In this document: in pieces, positions 13,827 through 24,451 of the stretch | Layout: every line of letters starts with the position of its first letter | Position numbering within the stretch: position 1 is the first letter of the stretch | Source of the DNA: Macrostomum hystrix | Taxonomy: Eukaryota; Animalia; Platyhelminthes | Reading direction: 5' to 3' | Assembly: GCA_950097015.1 (NCBI GenBank) | Contig: CATNEN010000039.1 | Coordinates: 7,750,001 to 7,814,000 of the forward strand | Length of the DNA stretch: 64,000 nt | The notes under the pieces: generated by a model | What the model saw: the letters and a program-made list of their open reading frames with translations, nothing else | What the model was told of the DNA's origin: nothing | Databases searched by the model: none | Translations under genes and position numbers: made by a program

Positions 13827-16800
13827 ATGACTGACGAAGTAGGTGAAGTTGACAAGGTAAGCAAATTGTTAGATGTGTGTACATCGCGAACTTGCCATTA
13901 TTTAAATATGGACATTCGTCATTGTGTATGCATTTTAATCTGAATTAATGTTCTTTGGCGTCACAGCTGATTTGTATGTATTATTTATCATATGAATACA
14001 CATCCCTTGCTTGTAAGTTAGCTTGTAATAATAGTGGAAATCTCCTAGCCTAGTTTGTGGCATCAAAAGATTTAATTTGAATAGGCGCCAAATCTGTTCT
14101 TGAGCAGTTCTAGCTTCAGGCCCTAAATCTGCCTAATTGTATCTTATAATATAATTCACATGTTCTATACTTTAATGGGGTAGGCCTACCAATCACTTTG
14201 GTGACAAGTCACTTTGGCGACAGTCATTTTGGTGATAAGTCATTTCAGCAAATTGACTTCGGCTACAAGTTTTGATCACTTAGGCGAAAATTAATTAGAG
14301 CTTTACAGGCAATAATTATATCAGAAAGATTATACCCAACTCAATCATAAAACAATGTCATGCATAAAGTTTCACTCATGCACAAAGATCACACTAGTGT
14401 GTTAGAGTTAGTTAGATCACACTAGTTAGAGTTAGAATTAAGGTCCATTGAGATGACTACAAAACCTCTAGGAGTGAGCATGTTGACCGTTCACCTGATT
14501 TGTGCTCTGCCCACAGCTTGAAGTAGGTGGCCTACAAGGACAAATATAAAAAAATATAAAACAAATTTCATACCCATTTCAAAGTACAATTATTGCCTGT
14601 AATTAAATGGTCAAACAAGTGATCATTTTGTCGCCTAAGTAATCAAAACTTGTTGCCAAAGTCAATTTGCCAAAATGACTGTTGCTGCCATAGGGATGAG
14701 TGGGTCCAATGGACACTAGTTCAATTCTCCCTTCAAGTCACAATTAATTTCGGGACTTGTTGGAGGGCTTGGACAGTAGCGACCAGAGGAGGTGCACCAT
14801 ATTTTGTACAATCAAAGCTTGAAATAATAGCTTCTCTCCTACCTTCTGTGTGCCTGTTCTGTGTTGTGTGAGTTGTATGCATTGGTGCTGGGGCATGAGG
14901 CCTTGGGGGTGCGGGTGTACACTGCCCCATGCTTTCTGGATTTCCGTCATTGCAATTGGATAAGTATACACTCATCACCCGGCCCCCCTGAGGACTGATT
15001 TCCTATCAACCTTCTGCTGATAAGGACAGTTTGGCCAGGTTGACCTGGTGTTGCGCATGTATGTCTGGGGATGTGCCGCTCCATCGCTTGTGCGACAAGT
15101 GCCCTGGGCCCCCTGCAAATAGATAGAGATGACTGTTGCCAAAGTGATTGTAACCCACTTTAATGCTTTCATTTAAAATATATAGCTAGCCTATATATAT
15201 TCATTTAGGAAATAAAAAATTACACTACACATACTTTACAAGTAAAATTTTGGGTGTTGTCAACTTAGGTTCTCTGATGTCATGGGCCACAAAGTTTTCA
15301 GGCATAGTAGATCAATGTAGTTCAAACTCAATTTATTTATTTATTTTATTTTCAAATGCATAGACCATTAATTATAAGTTAATTAATCAGCAAAGAAAGC
15401 TCTTTGGGCCTTCTTGCTGCATGCTTGTCATTAGCCTGTTGTCCACACCAGCAGCTAAGGGTGGGACATTTGCAATCCATGCCAAAAGCTGTCAACGGCA
15501 GTAGTAGCTCTTGGCCTGCTATCTGTGGGGGCTGTTGTGAAGAGCTAGCATCTAGCTGTCCCACTTCAGTTTTTGCCTTTCAGCCCTATTGGAGTTTTTG
15601 AACAATTTTAAGTTCATAGACATTTGCTAGGGAACTGTCAAATTTTGGCTCAAAAGGGCACCACGCCAAACTAACAACAGCTTTGGCCTGTGCAATGCTA
15701 TGGGAAAAAATTATATCATTTGCTATGCCAATATATATGCAAAGGTGTCATTTTCCTTATCATTTTTCCTAAAAGGGCCTTTTAGCTGGCTTGTGCTGCC
15801 CTTTGTGATTATGAAGTGTGGGGCCTTTGTGAGAATATGGTGCATTACTGAGCAATAGTTGCCATGCAAGTAGTCGCCAATAGACAGTGCCATTTTGCTT
15901 GTAGCTTAAAACAAATGTTCATTTGCCATCCACAACAAGCAAGTTCTTCCCTTGGCTCGAGCCTTCCCAAACTATTTCAAAAGGTACTAATACAACAGCT
16001 GGTACAGCTTGCTGAGGTGGGGTATCAGAACCAGGACAGCCATCTTGTGTTGTTCCTTCTACTCTATTGCTGATTGCTTTTGTAGCTGCTGTTCTGCAAC
16101 AGTCTTATAGAAAAATTATCATCTTATGACCATAGTATAACAATACTATGACAGTATATAGATTACTGACATCTAAATTACATCTAACATCTAAATTACA
16201 ATTTATTTTAGAAAGCAAAAAAAATAGTATCCTAAAGGTATACTCAACTTTATTAAAGTCTGTAAAAGGAGGTTGTAGCCTAGTGGTTAGTGTCAGACTC
16301 ACGACTTGAAGGTTGGGGGTTCAATTCCCGACTCCACTAGAACAATTTGTGTCCTTTAGCAAGACACTTAAGTCTGCATTGCTTCAGTTCACCCAGCTGT
16401 TAAATGGGTTCCAGCATTAGCTGGGGTAATTGAAGGTGGGTGTGGCGTCCCCCCAGTCCATGGACTGAACAGCTGTATGCAGCCTTCAGATGCGCTGCGC
16501 AATAGCTGGGGCTGTGCCATCGGCTGCACATCTGGTACAATTGGAGCAGGTGTAGTCAAATATTATTAATTACTAAATCAATTAAAAGTATTTTGGTTGT
16601 AGGTTGGTTTAAAATGGAAGTATAAATGGATTTCTAAAATAAAATACCATTGTCATTGTTATTTATATGTTTTAGTAAAAAATCTTGACTAGAATTTAAC
16701 AATACTGCTTGGATTTTGATTCTCTAAAATATTTCCAGTTTTCTAATCAACCCTTTATGAGTTCGAGATGAAATAAAGAAATAGAATCACCATTTAAAAA

Positions 16801-19800
16801 ATGAACATAAATATTTTTGTATGTGCATATAAACCAATTAGCTTGCTAAAGTTAGCTTTTTCATATTTAAAAAATAAAACTAAAAAGCAGCAAAAATGTG
16901 CAACAATTTTTGTACAGTCAAATTTATCTAAAGCTTCATTCATTAAAAGAATATTTTTTACTGTTTTATTAATTTTCATTCAATTGAAACCCATTTTAGG
17001 GCAAAGTTGCCGCCAACTTTCTGCTACACTCGCCACCTGGAGAATCCACCGAGGTTTGGCAAGGTATAGTTGGTATCCCACCTCAAACTTTTCATTTTCT
17101 CATCTAGGAACAAAAATCCAATTCTATCTTAACTATTACTTTCAAAATTGTTGTTTGAGGAAATGAGATGTTCAAAGTCCTCTTTCCTGCATGTGCTTGC
17201 TAGCTTTAGAAAGATGGTATTATATGAAGTATTTAATTATATGGGCAACGGTTCATCATTTAGTGACACTAGACCTGCAGCCAGCGAGGAGGCAATTCGG
17301 CCCATTTCGCTGACTCCTGAGCACACACGCACACAGGTGTACATCTGCCCTGACTCTCATCATCAGGCAGTGTACACTCTCACTGTGCCTTGGAGGTTGG
17401 CCCTCAATGGCGTAAATTGCACGACAAGCCCCACCTGTGGCTCTAAATGCGGCTCGCATTGATGTCTTTCAGACTTGAAAGTTCTGCTAGACGATGAGCA
17501 GATTGTGCGCAGCAAACTGCTCCCAGCCCTGGTCAAATATAACAAAGAGCAGCTCACACCCGTGGCTGTTGAGAACAGCAAGCTGCGCTGTCTGATTACT
17601 CAGCACAATGACCTGGGCGGTGGCAGATTCGCCGATCATCGAACTCAGCAAAGTTTCAAATTTGATCACCTCAAACGGGAGGCCAGTGAGTTTCAGGTGA
17701 GTTCTGTGAGCATTCTCGTGTGTGCTCATTGTGCTCACGATATTTAATAAAGAGAAACGATTCACATTTCAGGAGCTGCCGCTGCCCGAAGACGTCCTGT
17801 CTCTGACGAAGCCGCTGGACGCGGCAATCAGCGCCTACGTTGAAGATCAATTTCAGCGCGGCAGCAGCTCGGTGTTTGGCAAGAAATTGCCGGACACTGG
17901 CGAAATTGAACTTGTGGTCTGCATTGAGGCGCACCATTTTAAATCTAAGAACTTTCAGAATGGTCGCTGGCGCAGTATCTGGTCCTGCACTGTGCCTTCT
18001 GGCGGCCTCGCTGGAGAGAAGTCCCTCACCTGGACTGGCAAGATTAAAGTTCAGGTAACAATTATCAATTAGTTTTTGCTTTATTCGTTGAATATTTTTA
18101 GCCTTCATATTACCTTGTTGCTACTGTTAGTAGAGTAATTTGAAAATGCATTATTGCGCTGCAATTAGGTTCACCACTTTGACGATGGCAATGTGCAGCT
18201 GCTTTCTACTAAGACCCTAAATTTCACCTGCCCCGGCGGCAGCCAGGCTGCTTTCGGCTCCGAGGTTGCCAAGAAGATTCAAGAGACTGAGAACGCATAC
18301 CAGGTAGACCTGCTGTCATTGATTTTATTCGATAAATGAGCCTCTTCTTGATTTTCTCTCCTTTAAATTGTGTCAGCTTCAGTTTTTTAATCAAAAGTGA
18401 CTCTTTTAGTTAGGGGGTCGGTGGCAAAGCCGTTAACGCGTTTGCCTCTCGCACCAAGGTTCCTGAGCTCGATTCGGCGGCAACGCCACATTTATTTGGG
18501 GCGCAGCCGCGGAGAGAAGGCTTGGGGGCTTGTCGTGCAATTTACGCCCTTGAGGGCCAACCTCCAAGGCACAGTGAGAGTGCACACTGCCTGACGATGA
18601 GAAAGTCAGGGCAGATGTACACACCTGTGTGAGCGAGTGCCTGCGTACGGTATCTGTGTACCTGTGAACGTTTTAATAGAGTGACAGTGTCAGTTTCTAC
18701 ATTGTCAATAGAGTGACAGTGTCAGTTTCTACATAGTCAATAGAGTGACAGTGTCAGTTTCTACATAGTCAATAGAGTGACAGTGTCAGTTTCTACATAG
18801 TCAATAGAGTGACAGTGTCAGTTTCTACATAGTCAATAGAGTGACAGTGTCAGTTTCTACATAGTCAATAGAGTGACAGTGTCAGTTTCTACATAGTCAA
18901 TAGAGTGACAGTGTCAGTTTCTACATTGTCAATAGAGTGACAATCTCAGTTTCTACATAGTCAATAGAGTGACAGTGTCAGTTTCTACATAGTCAATAGA
19001 GTGACAGTGTCAGTTTCTACATAGTCAATAGAGTGACAGTGTCAGTTTCTACATAGTCAATAGAGTGACTGTCAGTTTCTACATAGTCAATAGAGTGACT
19101 GTCAGTTTCTACATAGTCAATAGAGTGACAGTGTCAGTTTCTACATAGTCAATAGAGTGACAGTGTCAGTTTCTACATAGTCAATAGAGTGACAGTGTCA
19201 GTTTCTACATAGTCAATAGAGTGACTGTCAGTTTCTACATAGTCAATAGAGTGACTGTCAGTTTCTACATAGTCAATAGAGTGACTGTCAGTTTCTACAT
19301 AGTCAATAGAGTGACAGTGTCAGTTTCTACATAGTCAATAGAGTGACAGTGTCAGTTTCTACATAGTCAATAGAGTGACTGTCAGTTTCTACATAGTCAA
19401 TAGAGTGACTGTCAGTTTCTACATAGTCAATAGAGTGACAGTGTCAGTTTCTACATAGTCAATAGAGTGACAGTGTCAGTTTCTACATAGTCAATAGAGT
19501 GACAGTGTCAGTTTCTACATAGTCAATAGAGTGACTGTCAGTTTCTACATAGTCAATAGAGTGACTGTCAGTTTCTACATAGTCAATAGAGTGACTGTCA
19601 GTTTCTACATAGTCAATAGAGTGACTGTCAGTTTCTACATAGTCAATAGAGTGCAATCAAGGCAGGCTATGACACACAATACAACCTCATATTTGGCCTG
19701 GCGAGTGACTAGCATTTTAGTGTTGGATTGGGCTACCAATCCGAAATTCGTGGACGCTGTTGATTTTCGAGGTCCAGTAAAAGGCTACAGCATCAGAAGC

Positions 19801-20663
19801 TAAAGCTAATAAAAGCTTCACCCAGCCAGCTAGCAGCAAAAGCTTGCACTAATTGCATAGAAGCATGCGGCAAGACCTGGCAAATGATTTATGAGTCAGT
19901 TTGATAGCCTCTGCACATATGCCTTTTGAATAAAGAACTTGCTGGGTGCAGCAGGCTGAACACATTCAACTCTCGCTTCGCCTGTGCAAACCTTTTTAAA
20001 TTTTAAACTGTTTGTTGCTTTTTGAAATCCACCCAGATCTATGGGATATTATCCATCATCCACTCAGATCTATGGGATATTATCCATCATCCACTCAGAT
20101 CTATGGGATATTATCCATAATCCACTCAGATCTATGGGATATTATCCATCATCCACTCAGATCTACGGGATATTATCCTTCATCCACTCAGATCTATGGG
20201 ATATTATCCATCATCCACTCAGATCTATTGGATATTATCCATCATCCACTCAGATCTATGGGATATTATCCATCATCCACTCATATCTATTGGATATTAT
20301 CCATCATCCACTCAGATCTATTGGATATTATCCATCATCCACTCAGATCTATTGGATATTATCCATCATCCACTCAGATCTATTGGATATTATCCATCAT
20401 CCACTCAGATCAATGGGATATTATCCATCATTCCGGGGGATTTTACCCCCATTTCCTCCAAGATCTATGGGACCGCACACTGGAGTATAGTTTCACATTG
20501 CTCCCTATTGCAGGAGGGCCTGAAGAGTGTGTTCTTTAACATGAGCAGCCATGTGAAGGGCTTCCGTCGGCCTCTGCCAGTGTTCGGCGAGAAGATTCCC
20601 TGGGAGCGCTTGTCGTCGCTGAAGATTGGCGAATCGCTGCAGCACCTGCAGGTTGATAATTGA
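13827..20663 (+). CDS. CAPZA: F-actin capping protein subunit alpha
   Basis: Exons 13827-13856, 17000-17063, 17473-17696, 17773-18054, 18169-18303, 20514-20663 total 885 nt (294 aa). Motifs HSPPGE, LITQHNDLG, SFKFDHLKREAS, CIEAHHFKSKNFQNGRWRSIW, KVQVHHFDDGNVQL, FRRPLPV...KIPW match CapZ alpha. Confidence 0.95.
14178..15156. mobile_element. Non-autonomous TIR element (Mutator-like MITE) carrying a nested SINE
   Basis: GGG...CCC termini, imperfect inverted arms (14191-14320 vs 14590-14690 plus 15130-15156), and a 9-bp direct repeat ACTTTAATG at 14169-14177 and 15157-15165. Confidence 0.7.
14692..15128 (+). mobile_element. SINE family C, older CpG-decayed copy
   Basis: Colinear with 35701-36306; ends in AAATAGATAGAG; flanked by ATGACTGTTGC-like duplication. 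Confidence 0.85.
16270..16570 (+). mobile_element. tRNA-derived CORE-type SINE (family A)
   Basis: A box TAGCCTAGTGG and B box GGTTCAATTCC, then TGTGTCCTTTAGCAAGACACTTAA...CAGTTCACCCAGCTGTTAAATGGG, which resembles the MIR/CORE domain; several copies in the window. Confidence 0.85.
17235..17455 (-). mobile_element. SINE family B, partial copy
   Basis: Reverse complement of sequence at 18500-18640 and 34900-35000. Confidence 0.85.
18412..18665 (+). mobile_element. SINE family B, 5' part with tRNA-like head
   Basis: GGTGGCAAAGCCGTTAACGCG...GAGCTCGATTC head and GAGGGCCAACCTCCAAGGCACAGTGAGAG body; related copies at 28980-29108(-), 34780-35030(+), 47420-47520(-), 51226-51795(+), 55235-55462(-). 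Confidence 0.8.
18676..19652. repeat. Minisatellite, 32/30-bp unit AATAGAGTGAC(AG)TGTCAGTTTCTACATAGTC, in CAPZA intron 5
   Basis: Visible tandem repeat with two length variants. Confidence 0.98.
20027..20472. repeat. Minisatellite, 31-bp unit ATCCACTCAGATCTATGGGATATTATCCATC
   Basis: Visible tandem repeat upstream of the last CAPZA exon. Confidence 0.97.
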
Positions 20664-20975
20664 CTCGCGTGCGCCTAATCTATCTGATAGAAGAAGTGCA
20701 ACACTGAACACTTCTGCACTTTTATCAATCTGTTGAGAATTTAAACTGACGCTTTTTATCTTAGCAAAACTGCTGCAGTGCCGAGGCGGCTGCTATCCAA
20801 GGCTAATGACAGTTTTCGTGTTCAGCAGTTTCCAAGGTCCTATCTAATTGTTTGCGTTCAATTCTACGCTCGGAAATTACCATTTTGCACGTTTTTTTAA
20901 GCAAAAATTTCTCAATAACTTGCAAGTTTTTTTAAAACTATTCTCGGTGTAGTAGAAATCAGAAATTTTGTTAAA

Positions 20976-21223
20976 CAGTAGAAAGAACACACCGCGGGGG
21001 TATTTCAAATGCTCACTGCCCACTTCACGATTGCTCCCAAACCGCCTCGAAGACCTTAATTTTTGCCACCAAACAGCCCCGCGACAATCGTTGAATATCT
21101 CGACGGTGCCGATGCTTTTTGATCCTGAAAGTTGTTTTGTCGGATAGAGCGGAACATTTTACAAGAGATACAGAAAATAGAAAATTGCGAGCATTTGAAA
21201 TACTTCCCGTTGTCTTCCTACTG
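20976..21223. mobile_element. MITE with CAGTAG...CTACTG terminal inverted repeats (family D)
   Basis: About 40-bp imperfect TIRs, flanked on both sides by TTAAA. The internal motif AATCGTTGAATATCTCGACG recurs at 36640-36670, 36815-36845, 37605-37620 and 50605-50640. Confidence 0.7.
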
Positions 21224-21923
21224 TTAAACTGAATTTGTCGTCAAATCTTCAGATGTGTTGCTTTTGTCCAGTAAGCATGTAACTATTTATTCTGTTTTAC
21301 AATATTATTCAATAAACTATTCAGTGCGGCGGTGTTAATTCTGCTAATTCTGTCGACTTCATTGGTAAAAGTACACTTTCTAATCCTCTATTTATAGAAC
21401 TGTTTGCTTGCGCATTATAACAAACAAGTGATAGGCATCTTCCGTGGCCTGTTGAAAATTTGTACTTTTATTTTATTCCAGGGTTTAAGCGTTTGTATTC
21501 GACTGTGTGTGTTTTGTTTTCCAAACTATTCAAGCCTGTTTGGCTATATGCAGAGTTCGCTAATATTTATTTTAGTATTTTAAAACACAATTACACTATT
21601 CCAATGCTCTTGTTACACTATAGCAAATCTAACTGAGTTATTGAATTATTAATTATTGAAGAAAGTGGCTTGCTTACAATAGCTGGGTTTTCTTAACTAT
21701 CTTTTATTTCAAACTAAGTGTAGCTATGACAAATGATTAAATAATTATTTGATTGATTATAAATATATATCCTTATACATTTATTAAGTATGACGCTAAA
21801 TTTGTTTTATCAATTTATTTATTCAGTAATGCACTTGCGTAAGCTAATTCTTTTAACTCCTAATTGGCCAGCTTGTTGGTCTTGCTGCTTTTGCTTCCAG
21901 CTGACTACTTAGTCTGTCGCTTC

Positions 21924-23231
21924 GACCCAAATCCTTCTAAACCAAATCCCTCTGACCCAAATCCTTCTGACTCAAATCCCTCTGACCCAAATCCCTCTGA
22001 CCCAAATCCATCTGACCCAAATCCATCTGACCCAAATCCATCTGACCCAAATCCTTCTGACTCAAATCCATCTGACCCAAATCCCTCTGACCCAAATCCA
22101 TCTGACCCAAATCCTTCTGACTCAAATCCATCTGACCCAAATCCCTCTAACCCAAATCCATCTGACCCAAATCCATCTGACCCAAATCCATCAGACCCAA
22201 ATCCATCTGACTCAAATCCTTCTAAACCGAATCCTTCTAACTTAAATCCATCTGACCCAAATCCGTCTGACTTAAATCCTTCTGACCCAAATCCATCATA
22301 CTTTAATCCTTCTGACCCAAATCCATCTGACCCAACTCCATCTGACCCAAATCCTTCTGACTTAAATCCTTCTGACCCAAATCTTTCTGACTTAAATCAT
22401 TCTGACCCAAATCCATCTGACCCAAATCCATCTGACCCAAATCCATCTGACCCAAATCCTTCTGACTCAAATCCATCTGACCCAAATCCCTCTGACCCAA
22501 ATCCATCTGACCCAAATCCTTCTGACCCAAATCCATCAGACCCAAATCCATCTGACTCAAATCCTTCTAAACCGAATCCTTCTAACTTAAATCCATCTGA
22601 CCCAAATCCGTCTGACTTAAATCCTTCTGACCCAAATCCATCATACTTTAATCCTTCTGACCCAAATCCATCTGACCCAACTCCATCTGACCCAAATCCT
22701 TCTGACTTAAATCCTTCTGACCCAAATCCTTCTGACTTAAATCATTCTGACCCAAATCCATCTGACCCAAATCCTTCATACTTTAATCCTTCTGACCCAA
22801 ATCCATCTGACCCAAATCCATCTGACCCAAATCCGTCTGACTCAAATCCTTCTGACTCAAATCCTTCTAAACCGAATCCTTCTAACTTGAATCCATCTGA
22901 CCCAAATCCATCTGACCCAACTCCATCTGACCCAAATCCTTCTGACTTAAATCCTTATGAGCCAAATCCTTCTGACTTAAATCATTTTAACCTAAATCCA
23001 TCTGACCCAACTCCATCTGACCCAAATCCTTCTGACTTAAATCCTTCTGACCCAAATCCATCATACTTTAATCCTTCTGACCCAAATCCATCTGACCCAA
23101 ATCCTTCATACTTTAATCCTTCTGACCCAAATCCATCTGACCCAAATCCATCTAACCCAAATCCTTCTGACCCAAATCCTTCTGACTCAAATCCTTCTAA
23201 ACCGAATGCTTCTAACTTGAATCCATCTGAC
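21924..23231. repeat. Minisatellite, 15-bp unit GACCCAAATCCWTCT
   Basis: Visible tandem repeat with higher-order duplication; produces the spurious (NPSDP)n ORF. Confidence 0.97.
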
Positions 23232-23639
23232 GCTCTGATTGGCTGGTTGTCTTTCAGTTTGACCAATGTGAAATAGTCAAATCCCTTGGCTAGAAAGTTT
23301 TAGTTGGTGGGTAATAAATAGCATGCAACCATTGTAGATTTGTAATTAGTTAGAGTTCAGGTGAATTCATTATTATTCTAATTTATTCCTCTGCCCCTGT
23401 TGTTACTATTGGAGAATAGGCTTCATTTTTTTACTTCGGGTCTTGGCACGGTTTTAAGCAGACATTGTTAGCAGAGCTGCTTTACTTATCTGTTACGTTG
23501 CTTTATTTTCAGCCACAAAGTGCCGCATAATGCTGGCCAGGGCCTTGACAACGGTTGACAGGGCACGCCAGAAACAGCAACAGACTGCTCAGAGGTATTT
23601 ATATACTCCTACATTGTATACACGTATATCCATCGTATA

Positions 23640-23750
23640 GTTGTAGCCTAGTGGATAGAGCATAGGACTCTCGACTTGAAGGTTGGGGGTTCGATTCCCA
23701 ACTGCACTGGAAAAAATTAGCAAGACATTTAGCTCTGCATGGCTTCAGTT
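23640..23750 (+). mobile_element. SINE family A, 5' fragment truncated by a minisatellite
   Basis: GTTGTAGCCTAGTGG...GGTTCGATTCCC...TAGCAAGACATTTA...GGCTTCAGTT, followed directly by the 21-bp repeat. Confidence 0.8.
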
Positions 23751-24342
23751 AGACAGGAATCCCTACTTGTTAGACAGGAATCCCTACTTGTTAGACAGGA
23801 ATTCCTACTTGTTAGACAGGAATCCCTACTTGTTAGACAGGAATCCCTACTTGTTAGACAGGAATTCCTACTTGTTAGACAGGAATCCCTACTTGTTAGA
23901 CAGGAATTCCTACTTGATAGACAGGAATTCCTACTTGTTAGACAGGAATCCCTACTTGTTAGACAGGAATCCCTACTTGTTAGACAGGAATCCCTACTTG
24001 TTAGACAGGAATCCCTACCTGTTAGACAGGAATCCCTACTTGTTAGACAGGAATTCCTACTTGTTAGACAGGAATTCCTACTTGTTAGACAGGAATCCCT
24101 ACTTGTTAGACAGGAATCCCTACTTGTTAGACAGGAATTCCTACTTGTTAGACAGGAATTCCTACTTGTTAGACAGGAATTCCTACTTGTTAGACAGGAA
24201 TTCCTACTTGTTAGACAGGAATCCCTACTTGTTAGACAGGAATTCCTACTTGTTAGACAGGAATCCCTACTTGTTAGACAGGAATCCCTACTTGTTAGAC
24301 AGGAATCCCTACTTGTTAAAAGGTAATCCCTACTTGTTAGAC
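23748..24342. repeat. Minisatellite, 21-bp unit TTGTTAGACAGGAATYCCTAC
   Basis: Visible tandem repeat; produces the spurious (LDRNPYL)n stretch. Confidence 0.98.
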
Positions 24343-24451
24343 ACTAAAGTCAGGCTGTTCGAAATTAAACCCTGCCAGTTAGACAGCAGTTTGCCATCAA
24401 AAATTCACTCGAAAGTTTGCATCACAATCTTATCAAGCTGTGTCGCCCTAG

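Noticed and set aside
21864-23276. 470-aa (NPSDP)n ORF resembling circumsporozoite or mucin repeats
   Set aside because: It is a 15-bp minisatellite that happens to lack stops, with a non-ATG start and no unique domain; it looks like the many other non-coding arrays here.
23683-24350. N-terminal (LDRNPYL)n part of the 477-aa ORF
   Set aside because: A SINE fragment plus a 21-bp minisatellite in frame with the TCF exon by chance; most likely intronic.
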